Shown: positions 47,797 through 56,623 of the stretch, piece after piece | Position numbering within the stretch: position 1 is the first letter of the stretch | Layout of the letters: the number at the start of each line of letters is the position of its first letter | Origin: a virus | Taxonomy: Duplodnaviria; Caudoviricetes | DNA length: 58,216 nucleotides | Virus record (IMG/VR): IMGVR_UViG_3300042887_002068 | Coordinates: 1-58,216 of that record | Strand: one strand, 5' to 3' | Notes under the pieces: generated by a model | Told to the model about the DNA's origin: nothing | What the model saw: the letters and a program-made list of their open reading frames with translations, nothing else | Database searches by the model: none | Made by a program: the position numbers and the translations under genes

Positions 47797-50241
47797 TTAT
47801 GGAGTAATAGTTACGTCTACTTCGTAAAATGAACCTGGGTACACGGTACCAGAAGAAGCAAATACGCCAGTTGGATATTTTATCCAGTATAATTGGAATC
47901 TATATATGCCGGGAGACGGAGGCAATATTTTACCATATTGATTGTTCCATCCAACTGCTCTCTGTTCAGTTCCACCGGGCAAAGATTGCCAAGCCGAGCC
48001 GTCCCAGTAAAGTGCTTTACATCTCAATCTATAAGAACCCGTAGCGGTTGCCGCCAAAACCGTAGGATCCGTTGTATAAATATATGGAGGATTGTTATAC
48101 GAGAATGTGGTGGATGACCCCGTGGTAGTACTCAAATATACATTTGGATGTCCAGATGCGGTATAAGCAGGTGCAGTCACTGGAGTAAATCCGGACGCAG
48201 TTGCTATAGACATTGTTACCACGGACCAGGGCGTTGGTTGTACCGTTGGATTATAAGAACTATTATATGTTACCCAATAAAGTTCGGCTGGCCACACCCC
48301 AACTGCCGGTGGAAATATTTCCGAGTAATTATTATTGAATGCTACGGTTCTTTGCTGTGAATTTGAGTTAAATGCGCTGGCCAATTCGTTTCCTGTATTA
48401 CCAGAAATCTTACATCTCAATCTATACCTGAATGAACTTAGTACAGATGAATTTCCTGTATAAACGTATGGCGGATTGTTTAAAGAATACGTTGTATTAG
48501 ACAAATACACGTCGCTGCCAGGAAATGGTGGAGGAGAGAACGTAGAAGCTGTCGCTATGCTCATCGTAATTGTTGTAAATGGTGCACCACCATTCACCGA
48601 TATTACAGGGTAATTTCCATAAATGTCTGGTGTATCTCCGTATTCAACATAATACAAATCTGTAGTATACAATCCAACTGGAGGAACGTCTATTGGAACA
48701 TAGTTAGTATTAAACACATCTGCTCTTTGCTCTAATGCCAAGTTTGGAGCAACGTCCGTCAATTCTGTTGCTTTTACTCTTAACTTCCATCGAGTCAGTG
48801 ATGTTATTGTAGAATTCGTAGTAAATACTGTAGGAGAGTCGTCTTCTCTGAAACTGTTTGCGCTGAGATAAATACCCGGCGGCAATGGAGGTGTCGGAGT
48901 AGGAGTTCCCGTTTGCGTAGGAGTTGGCGTCGGCGGCATCGGAGAAGGTGTTATTGTTACAGTAGGTGTAGGAGTTGGCGTAGGCGAAGGTGGAATATAA
49001 TTTATTGCTCCATACTTTGATGTATATCCTTGGAAACTGAACGTACACGGAGCAGCACTGGCACTATAAAATACATACAAGCTTCTATCCGTATGTGCTA
49101 CACCAAGTTCCAGTAATGGCAATACGCTTCTGCCATAAGATGCACTTACCAGTGGAACTCTGTTATTATTGAATGAATATATTCCACTATCTCCCTCTAC
49201 CGCTACATCCGCTGTAGATCCTATAGAAAACAATGGTTGACCCGGAGAGTATACAAAACAATCGGTTATTACGTAATTTTCCGGTAGAACATTTCTTTGC
49301 GTTCCATTCCCCAAATAACCAGAAGTTCCATCGCTGAAGAATATTAGACCAAACTCCTTGGTAGGACTTGTTGCTTCTGCGCCTTCTCTTGGTATCAATA
49401 GATGATTGTCTCCAATAGAATCTAGCCATTGTGTTGGACCTGGATTAAGGTTCTCTGGTCTATATGAAGAAACCAGCGAGGCGTCGTTGTTTCGTACTCC
49501 ACCATAATAATTTTGAGTCACTTTTGTTCCACTCAATGCGGCGTTGAATACATGTCCTTCATAAATGACAGAGTTGATGTTCCAATGACTTCCGCTCTGC
49601 CCATTTCCCATAGTAGTAAACGAACTGCTGATATAACTTGGCGCACCAGACAACGTACCGACTAAAGCGGAATTTATATAAAATCTAAATGTGCCACTAT
49701 TTTCTTTTGTTATCGTGGCTTCAAATGCTCTGTCCGGATATAATTTTATAAAATCTGGGTATTCTATTATTTTTTCCGTTGTACCATCATTTACGTATCC
49801 AATCAAACTACTTGATTTTACACCGATGTATGCTCTGCTACCATAGTCTGCCATTCCTACTACTTGCGAACCTACGCCAAATAAAACTCTACTACCCGTG
49901 TCGTTTAAAAGTGCGTCCGATGGTATAAATGCTTTAACGGTCAAAGAAAAATTATTTCCCAAGTCATTTGCTTTTCCGTAGCAATACATGCTTAATTCAT
50001 CCAATGGAGCATAATTAGCCGCAAAAGATAATCCGTTAGAACTTTGATAACCGTGCTGCGGCACTGCAAAGTTAGCAAACCCACCAGAAACAACATATTC
50101 GGCCAAATCTGCCGCCGAAATTTTCTTTGTTTCCCCAGTAGGACTTGTTAATTCACTAACATCTACAATAGGAAGCCAGTCGCCATTTGCTACATTTGTT
50201 GAAGTAAGTGTGCGTAGTTCAGTTGTTTTCTGGTTGGCCAT
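47797..50241 (-). CDS. Fibre-like protein: fibre N-terminal motif, LamG-like domain, Pro/Thr linker, three C-terminal repeats
   Basis: KTTEL...DWLPIVD...ETKKIS anchor; FYINSALVG...VFNAALS; PPSPTPTPTPT linker; 3x YLS...Px(V/I)(Y/F)T...R(Y/W)xLRxK...QR...PP..G...LY repeat. Confidence 0.75.
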   Translation of the reverse strand: MANQKTTELRTLTSTNVANGDWLPIVDVSELTSPTGETKKISAADLAEYVVSGGFANFAVPQHGYQSSNGLSFAANYAPLDELSMYCYGKANDLGNNFSLTVKAFIPSDALLNDTGSRVLFGVGSQVVGMADYGSRAYIGVKSSSLIGYVNDGTTEKIIEYPDFIKLYPDRAFEATITKENSGTFRFYINSALVGTLSGAPSYISSSFTTMGNGQSGSHWNINSVIYEGHVFNAALSGTKVTQNYYGGVRNNDASLVSSYRPENLNPGPTQWLDSIGDNHLLIPREGAEATSPTKEFGLIFFSDGTSGYLGNGTQRNVLPENYVITDCFVYSPGQPLFSIGSTADVAVEGDSGIYSFNNNRVPLVSASYGRSVLPLLELGVAHTDRSLYVFYSASAAPCTFSFQGYTSKYGAINYIPPSPTPTPTPTVTITPSPMPPTPTPTQTGTPTPTPPLPPGIYLSANSFREDDSPTVFTTNSTITSLTRWKLRVKATELTDVAPNLALEQRADVFNTNYVPIDVPPVGLYTTDLYYVEYGDTPDIYGNYPVISVNGGAPFTTITMSIATASTFSPPPFPGSDVYLSNTTYSLNNPPYVYTGNSSVLSSFRYRLRCKISGNTGNELASAFNSNSQQRTVAFNNNYSEIFPPAVGVWPAELYWVTYNSSYNPTVQPTPWSVVTMSIATASGFTPVTAPAYTASGHPNVYLSTTTGSSTTFSYNNPPYIYTTDPTVLAATATGSYRLRCKALYWDGSAWQSLPGGTEQRAVGWNNQYGKILPPSPGIYRFQLYWIKYPTGVFASSGTVYPGSFYEVDVTITP

Positions 50242-50323
50242 AATAAAAATATCGTTTGATTATAAATATCAAGGCATACCCAAAAATATATATGATTTTA
50301 TACTTTATAGGGAAGTTATTATA

Positions 50324-51130
50324 TTACCCTAGATTTTTTACTTTTTTTACAATGAACTTTACTAGGGCACTGCGTAATATGTCGTCTTCATTGAATTCAA
50401 ACGTATATATACCGTGCTCTTTGCTGTCATCGTCATTGAATAAGTTGAATATTGCCTGAAATCCACTTCTTCCATTTATGTCTGATTGTTGAGGATCTCC
50501 GCACAAGAATATCTTGCTAAACTCGCCTGCTCTGGTCATAAGAGTTATTAGTTCCTTTTTTGTGCAGTTCTGCATTTCATCGCCAATAACTGCCTTAGCA
50601 TTCCAGTTTAGCCCACGCAAATATCCAACTGGCAATCCTTCTATTCTTTCATCTTTTATTAGATATTGTATATCTTCTCGCGGCAATAGTTCATCCAGTT
50701 TATCAATCAGTGGACGTTTATATGGACTCAACTTGTCATCTGCTTCGCCGGGTAATGTTCCCATTTTTGTATCAGCACTTTCTACGATGCTACGAACATA
50801 AAGTAAGTCACTTACTTTCTTTTCGTTCATTAGCAGCAACGCCGCTAATACAGATAGATATGTTTTTGTTGAACCTGCTGGTCCAGAAACCAATAACATT
50901 TTTACTTTTTTATCTAACGCTAATTCTATAAATTTCTTTTGTTTTTCGGTCAGTTCTCTGTCTAATATTCTTAGGTGATGTTCTATTTTTCCTCTTTGAT
51001 GCACTACTGGACTTTTATCGTGTTTTATTTGTGGTTGTTGATGGTTATTGTTATTTTCTATATCGTTGTGCTTTTTCTTGTTCAGTAGGCGTTTTTTCTT
51101 TGACATATTATTTTGTTTTTTTGTATTCAA
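50324..51130 (-). CDS. phoH: PhoH-family ATPase
   Basis: GPAGSTKT, GTLPG, YLRG, DEMQN, TRAGE, GDPQQSD, ILRS. Confidence 0.93.
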   Translation of the reverse strand: MNTKKQNNMSKKKRLLNKKKHNDIENNNNHQQPQIKHDKSPVVHQRGKIEHHLRILDRELTEKQKKFIELALDKKVKMLLVSGPAGSTKTYLSVLAALLLMNEKKVSDLLYVRSIVESADTKMGTLPGEADDKLSPYKRPLIDKLDELLPREDIQYLIKDERIEGLPVGYLRGLNWNAKAVIGDEMQNCTKKELITLMTRAGEFSKIFLCGDPQQSDINGRSGFQAIFNLFNDDDSKEHGIYTFEFNEDDILRSALVKFIVKKVKNLG

Positions 51131-51479
51131 AAAAGACGGACATCATGTCCAACTTTTGCATAACCTGTTTTGCCTGGCGGCAAGTTTCAAAATCATCGTG
51201 TTTTTTTGAAAACTCAATGATGTTTTGAATGTTTTCCCTAAAATCTTTTTGATTCATCAGTACCACAAAATTTGAATTTTTGAAACTGAAGATCTCAACA
51301 ACTGGCATTCTGTTTTTTATGCCATATTCAATGTTATTCAATATGCGACTGTTGATCTCGTGGCGATGCGTTTCCAAATACTTTTCCATTTCCGTGTTTG
51401 ATGACGGAAGTTCTATGACTTCGTATGAATTTTTTGACTTTGCCTTCGATCCAGACTTACTGCGTGGATTCTTTTTCAT
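51108..51479 (-). CDS. Hypothetical protein
   Basis: 123 aa; C-terminal DDFETC helix pair; overlaps both neighbours. Confidence 0.65.
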   Translation of the reverse strand: MKKNPRSKSGSKAKSKNSYEVIELPSSNTEMEKYLETHRHEINSRILNNIEYGIKNRMPVVEIFSFKNSNFVVLMNQKDFRENIQNIIEFSKKHDDFETCRQAKQVMQKLDMMSVFFEYKKTK

Positions 51480-51837
51480 ATACTGAAGATAAATATATCT
51501 CTAACAAAGATTTTCCCATTATATTCACAAACTTCTCGTTCTCAGACAATGTTTCTTCTCCTGTTGCATCAAGTATGATATGCATCACTTCATGAAAAAA
51601 TGTTTCTGCCACCGTTTCTTCTGTTATTTTGACCACGGCTTCATATACCACGCCATCTTCTTCATATTTTCTATTTACTTCGCCAACTCCCTGCAAACGT
51701 ATTAATTTCAAGTCTTCGTCCGCACAACCATAACAATCCTCTTTCTCAAACAAATCGGGCTCTATTTGGACTTTATATTTGTGTCCAAAAAGTATAAATT
51801 CTTTCGGTATATTAAGTCGTTTTTCGGTATTAAACAC
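51457..51837 (-). CDS. Putative HExxH zinc metallopeptidase-like protein
   Basis: GHKYKV...CYG...ETFFHEVMHII...EKFV; GTG start. Confidence 0.7.
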   Translation of the reverse strand: MFNTEKRLNIPKEFILFGHKYKVQIEPDLFEKEDCYGCADEDLKLIRLQGVGEVNRKYEEDGVVYEAVVKITEETVAETFFHEVMHIILDATGEETLSENEKFVNIMGKSLLEIYLSSVYEKESTQ

Positions 51838-51851
51838 TACATATAAATATC

Positions 51852-52127
51852 ATGAGTGAACAAAAAGAACCAAATTTAATTGATAAGGCAAAAAGCCTGA
51901 CCAAGGCCGCATATGACTGGAGCGTAAAGGACAAATTCAGCAAAGTTCCACCAGAAGTATTTGAACAAAGAAAATCTATATGCCTATCTTGCCCAAATTG
52001 GGATACTGAAGCATTTAATGGGTTGGGAAAATGCAAACTGTGTGGATGCTCTGTGGCAAAATTATATATGCCAAGTTCTATTTGCCCAGATAAGCCTCCT
52101 AGATGGCATCCTGTATCTATTTCTTAG
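51852..52127 (+). CDS. Small Cys-rich zinc-binding protein (DUF6171-like)
   Basis: R..ICLSCP...CKLCGC...CP..W pattern; the only clear plus-strand gene. Confidence 0.8.
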   Translation: MSEQKEPNLIDKAKSLTKAAYDWSVKDKFSKVPPEVFEQRKSICLSCPNWDTEAFNGLGKCKLCGCSVAKLYMPSSICPDKPPRWHPVSIS

Positions 52128-52332
52128 TTTTCTGTTGACAAGTTCCACAACCAGCAAACAAACTTTCGCAATAAGAACAAAAGCCGGTAAATACTTGATG
52201 TATTCCACCGGCTTTGTACTTTAATAATACTATCTGATTCTTATTATCTTTGCACGAACGACAAATATAAACACTACCATGGCTTTTTAGTGTATTTAGT
52301 TCCTGCTGTGTAATTTCTACTTCGTGAGGCAT
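52117..52332 (-). CDS. Small Cys-rich hypothetical protein
   Basis: CRSC, CSYC and CGTC; starts 3 nt after the upstream stop. Confidence 0.55.
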   Translation of the reverse strand: MPHEVEITQQELNTLKSHGSVYICRSCKDNKNQIVLLKYKAGGIHQVFTGFCSYCESLFAGCGTCQQKTKK

Positions 52333-52335
52333 ATC

Positions 52336-55257
52336 TCAAGAATATAGGTAATTAAAATACTGTTTATAATTCAAATGACGCTCAGTTAAGAACTGAGTTA
52401 AGAACTTGTCTGCTTCTGGAAAACTCTTAAAAATACGATTTATTACGTCTATTCTAAATTGATCGCTGCCCATTTTACTATAATTATATATTTTCTGTAC
52501 AATACGAATAGCGGCGCTGTCTTCGAAATTTAGTAATTTTTGAAGTATATTATCAACCTCCCTTATACCCAAAATTTCTAAACGTGCATTCATTGCGTCA
52601 ACAAATTTTTCTATATATTTGCCGCCACTGACATTTATTATCTCCGTACCAACATCCGTAAAATTAATCGAGTTGTTTTTTATATGCTCAAGAATATAAT
52701 TCATCATTTCTTCTTTATCATCTGGATCCATATATTCCGTAGAGTATACAAGTAAGTTAAACGTACCATAATCTGTAAAAATACTTGGATCTTTTGTACT
52801 AATTTTCTTTAAATTAAGCAATCTTTCTTTGCTGCTGTCTGCCAAACGTATCACGAGACTTATTGTGGCGTAATCAAATTTTTTTCCATTCTCTATAACA
52901 TAATTCAACAACCCGCGAGGATCTTTCGTGAGACCTATATCCATACCCTCAACCGTGCTTGGAGATATTCCCCCAATCATTTCAATAACTTGATTTACAT
53001 CTTTTGCATGTTTTACAATCGCTTTTTTATCCAAATCAGTTAATTTTTTTACTTTTAATATTTTTGGAATTAGTCGAATAGGATCTACACCGTAGCGCAA
53101 GAGATTTTCAATCATATCGTGGCTCAACGAGTTATTTTTTACATCTATTATATAGTTCGTGACCGCTTTTATATTTTTTTCATCGTGAATACCTGAAAAA
53201 ATATAAGCAAATTGAGAATCGGTCAACTTAGATCCAATCAATTTTAAAAGCTTGATAGCCAAAGATTCTCTTTCTTTGATTGGGTATTTCGCAATAGCGA
53301 GTTCCACATTTCTATCATCCATTGAGTCCGAGTTACCGGTTTCAACAATCTGGTCAATCATTTTTTTCGCATCAACACAACCCAACAGCAACGGCGTTAC
53401 AACCTCTGCATCCAATGAATTCTTTTTTAGATTAAAAATTGTGTTCGCTAATTTATCTGATTTTTTTGATCTAAAAAGTTCTTCGACATCATTTCCTGTC
53501 AACTTGTCGCCTTTCATATTCGCTATTCGTATGGCTATATCCTCGTTCCATCTATTTTGATAAAATATAGTTCTGATTAATGCATAATCCAGCTTGATGC
53601 CGGGAATTGAAAGTATCTTTTCTATTGTTTTTTTATTATCGACGGCAAACTCTAGTATATATTCTGCTTCGCCCGCGCTGAGTGAAGATCCTTTTATTGA
53701 AAGAATATCGTTTTCAATCTTTTCCTTGTTTGTTGACCAATAGAACAAGACGGGTATGTCGGAATAATCAATTCTATTTCTTTTTGTTTTGAGAATAAGA
53801 TCGACCATCTTTTGTTTGTCTTTTGTTAGTTGCAACAAAGCCCCCAAGTCATCTGATGTTGTATTTCTAGTTCTTAGAAATCCCTCCGCAGCCTTGAAAT
53901 CGTTCGCAACTATTCCCAGATTTATTTTATAACTTCTTCCTCTATCTTTTCTCTTTGATTTTTCAGCCTTCCATTCGTCTTCGCTCGGAAGGTCGGATGG
54001 ATCTGGATTATCCAAATAACTTATTATCTCAAATTTAGAACTGTCTGTGAAAAATGCCTGACATCGTTCGTTTGAATGAATAACACCGTATCCTCCATCA
54101 AAGACCAACCCGTACCCAAGATCTTTTCTTAAAATTTTATTCCAGTTTACTGTTGATTTTCCACCAAGATCATCACTTACCAGCTTGCAGAAATACCAAA
54201 ACACACCGACTCCAAGTTTTGGAAAGTCTGTGCCTGCTTTCGCCCTTCTTAGCAATTCCTCAATATTTTCAACTTTATCCTTGTATATTTCTATAATTTT
54301 ATTGATGTCCTTTTCGCCATCAGATGCTGTATACTTTGATACATCAATCTTTTTTATATTATTTTTTTCTTTCAATATAAAAATATATGGTCTTCCTGCC
54401 GCAAATGGAAAGTTTATAACTCCATTTTTTTTACCATAAAACTCGGCGGCTTTTTTCAAAGGAAAACAATATACACCCAGCGGAGTATCATAACTACTGT
54501 TTGGATTTATACCTGCCTTTATAAAATGAGTAAATGTGATGTATATGTCATCGCGGTCCATATACTTATCAAGCATTTCGGTGTAAGGGATTTTTGGATT
54601 TTTTTCTCCACCACGCCGCTTTTCAGAAAGCAATCCAGAATCCAAGAACAGTTGATCTAACTTATTTTTTACAAACTCTGGAACTTTGTCGCTTGCTGTT
54701 ATTTTTTCCTTCAATCCATTAAAGTACATTTCATTTCCGACCAAAACTTTGTTTGCCTCGCCTACATCCGAATATTCAAACCCAATTGTTCCATCAGAGT
54801 TTATTCCATTGATTTTTGCGCCGCCAAACACGCTGGAAGGAATAATAGTTTTGATCAATTTCAAGAATATCTTGGCGCTTATATCGTTCTTTAGCCTCAA
54901 CACCTTGAATCCCATTTTCTCTGACTGGTTGGCTATTTCCTTACTTACCATTCCCCATAATGGCATATTAGAATACTTGTTCTTTACTTCTTGTATTCCC
55001 TTATAAATTGATTTTGGGCTACCCGCTACACCAACCAATTTGACCATTCCACTATTCTGAACTCTTACCGCAACATATCCATTTTCATCTCCGTAAAATG
55101 TCCAGTTTCTTGCTCGCTCAACAAACTTATCTTTATCCCAACTCTTGCCTGTTGACTTTATATAACTTTGATTGAAAATATCATACGCATTGTCCACATT
55201 TAGTGTGTCAAATGTGAATTCTGCCTCACCTAAAAATTTATCAATGGGATCCACCAT
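52336..55257 (-). CDS. Large multidomain protein: possible ADP-ribosyltransferase-like domain plus helical repeats (putative injected head protein)
   Basis: GINP..YDTPLGVYCFPL...GYGLVFDGG.GVIHSNERCQAFF; C-terminal ~500 aa of helical repeats; late motif upstream. Confidence 0.55.
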   Translation of the reverse strand: MVDPIDKFLGEAEFTFDTLNVDNAYDIFNQSYIKSTGKSWDKDKFVERARNWTFYGDENGYVAVRVQNSGMVKLVGVAGSPKSIYKGIQEVKNKYSNMPLWGMVSKEIANQSEKMGFKVLRLKNDISAKIFLKLIKTIIPSSVFGGAKINGINSDGTIGFEYSDVGEANKVLVGNEMYFNGLKEKITASDKVPEFVKNKLDQLFLDSGLLSEKRRGGEKNPKIPYTEMLDKYMDRDDIYITFTHFIKAGINPNSSYDTPLGVYCFPLKKAAEFYGKKNGVINFPFAAGRPYIFILKEKNNIKKIDVSKYTASDGEKDINKIIEIYKDKVENIEELLRRAKAGTDFPKLGVGVFWYFCKLVSDDLGGKSTVNWNKILRKDLGYGLVFDGGYGVIHSNERCQAFFTDSSKFEIISYLDNPDPSDLPSEDEWKAEKSKRKDRGRSYKINLGIVANDFKAAEGFLRTRNTTSDDLGALLQLTKDKQKMVDLILKTKRNRIDYSDIPVLFYWSTNKEKIENDILSIKGSSLSAGEAEYILEFAVDNKKTIEKILSIPGIKLDYALIRTIFYQNRWNEDIAIRIANMKGDKLTGNDVEELFRSKKSDKLANTIFNLKKNSLDAEVVTPLLLGCVDAKKMIDQIVETGNSDSMDDRNVELAIAKYPIKERESLAIKLLKLIGSKLTDSQFAYIFSGIHDEKNIKAVTNYIIDVKNNSLSHDMIENLLRYGVDPIRLIPKILKVKKLTDLDKKAIVKHAKDVNQVIEMIGGISPSTVEGMDIGLTKDPRGLLNYVIENGKKFDYATISLVIRLADSSKERLLNLKKISTKDPSIFTDYGTFNLLVYSTEYMDPDDKEEMMNYILEHIKNNSINFTDVGTEIINVSGGKYIEKFVDAMNARLEILGIREVDNILQKLLNFEDSAAIRIVQKIYNYSKMGSDQFRIDVINRIFKSFPEADKFLTQFLTERHLNYKQYFNYLYS

Positions 55258-55296
55258 ATATACAAATAAATATATGAATGGACCCCATTTATTATA

Positions 55297-55758
55297 TTAG
55301 GATGTGCATTTCATCAATATGTCATAATAATAAGTATAATCTTTGTTGGTATAAACCATTTTAGCTTTATGCTTAAAAACAGTTTTCACCGTTGCCATAT
55401 CTTTGCCAATATCCTTCTCCTTGAAATACCATTTGAACAAAAACTGATTGACCTGTATATCTTGGGCGATATTACACCACTCTCTGTCCATCTTTGGATT
55501 TATAAGCCAATGACCAAACATTACGTGACATAGTTCGTGGCAAATAACAAACAACTTTTTATCGTGCTTGTATTTTTTCCAAACTTCTGGATTAGCGACG
55601 ATTCTAAAGTTATTGTTATAGATTTCTAACTCAACAGATTCGGCGTCGTCGTCAAATACCATTGGTTCAAACCTATTCCACATTTCACCAAATACGGGAT
55701 TGAGAATATCAAGCCTCATACTCAGCAGTTGATTTTCTCGTTTCTTCAGTTTTTTCAT
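55297..55758 (-). CDS. DUF2201-N-like putative metallopeptidase (start revised to MKKLKK)
   Basis: NP..W...FVICHELCHVMFGH...WCNIAQDIQVNQ. Confidence 0.75.
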   Translation of the reverse strand: MKKLKKRENQLLSMRLDILNPVFGEMWNRFEPMVFDDDAESVELEIYNNNFRIVANPEVWKKYKHDKKLFVICHELCHVMFGHWLINPKMDREWCNIAQDIQVNQFLFKWYFKEKDIGKDMATVKTVFKHKAKMVYTNKDYTYYYDILMKCTS

Positions 55759-55786
55759 AAAAAATAGGGGAGGTTTCCCTCCCCTT
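55759..55786 (-). terminator. Intrinsic terminator
   Basis: AGGGGAGG-GAAA-CCTCCCCT-ATTTTTT on the minus strand. Confidence 0.8.
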
Positions 55787-55789
55787 GTT

Positions 55790-56011
55790 TTAGACGCGGG
55801 CTCGACGAGCCTTCTTCTTGCTCTTGGGCTTTTCAGCCGTGCCAGCGACATACTTCTCGCCAGCAGCCTTGCGACGAGCCGCACTTGCCCACGAGTTGCG
55901 AGTCTTCTTGCTCGCAAACTCGTACTTCTTTCCTTCGTTAAGCAACTTCTCCACTTCATCCGCAGAAGTTGCGCTCAGAATACGCTGTTTTAGACCTTGA
56001 TTGTTATTCAT
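55790..56011 (-). CDS. Small basic protein
   Basis: 73 aa, Lys/Arg-rich; tightly packed with neighbours. Confidence 0.75.
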   Translation of the reverse strand: MNNNQGLKQRILSATSADEVEKLLNEGKKYEFASKKTRNSWASAARRKAAGEKYVAGTAEKPKSKKKARRARV

Positions 56012-56015
56012 ATGA

Positions 56016-56216
56016 TTAGACTCGGGCCTTCTTCTGATTCAGGGGGCGGATTTCCAGCTTGCTGCCATCAGGGTATCGCTTGATGATACCCGTCCAATAG
56101 TCAAGCTCTCGCTGGGCATCCAACTTGGAGTCGTACTCCGAGTCGCTGACGCGGACGTTGTTCCGAAAAACAGCGTACATTGTGGTTTCAGTTTGTTCGA
56201 GCGTATTATTACTCAT
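56016..56216 (-). CDS. Small hypothetical protein
   Basis: 66 aa; ends KKARV, like the neighbouring KKARRARV. Confidence 0.75.
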   Translation of the reverse strand: MSNNTLEQTETTMYAVFRNNVRVSDSEYDSKLDAQRELDYWTGIIKRYPDGSKLEIRPLNQKKARV

Positions 56217-56231
56217 GTTTTGGTTTTTGTG

Positions 56232-56432
56232 TTATTCGTTGTAACGAGAATAGTTATAACTGTCCAGATAAGACAGTTCATCGCGAATGTCATGCTCATT
56301 GGGCTCAATCATGCCGGGAAGACCAACCTTCTTATACTGGACTTCGTCGCCATTTTCATCAGTCACGATCTTCTTGGGACGACCGCGACCACGCTTGATA
56401 GTATATGTGTTAGATGTATCATTCATACTCAT
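56232..56432 (-). CDS. Small AT-hook protein (start probably MSMND or MND)
   Basis: KRGRGRPKK; promoter TTGATA-N16-TAAGGT at 56435-56462. Confidence 0.7.
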   Translation of the reverse strand: MSMNDTSNTYTIKRGRGRPKKIVTDENGDEVQYKKVGLPGMIEPNEHDIRDELSYLDSYNYSRYNE

Positions 56433-56623
56433 ATACCTTACCATACTATCTTAAAATATCAAGCACAAAATATTAGAATAATTACTATTTATAATGACCG
56501 TGAGTAAGTTTAGCGTAAATGACCGAATACAACATGGTTATATACATTTTAAATGCTTGTGCGTGTGTATTGCTAAAGGCAAAAACCCCACATTTTATTT
56601 AAAGGGATTGATACGAACAATAT

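Noticed and set aside
50324-51130. phoH as a novelty
   Set aside because: A common auxiliary gene in large aquatic phages.
55759-55959. N-terminal extension of the 220-aa ORF
   Set aside because: It overlaps the 73-aa gene and crosses a terminator; start revised to 55758.
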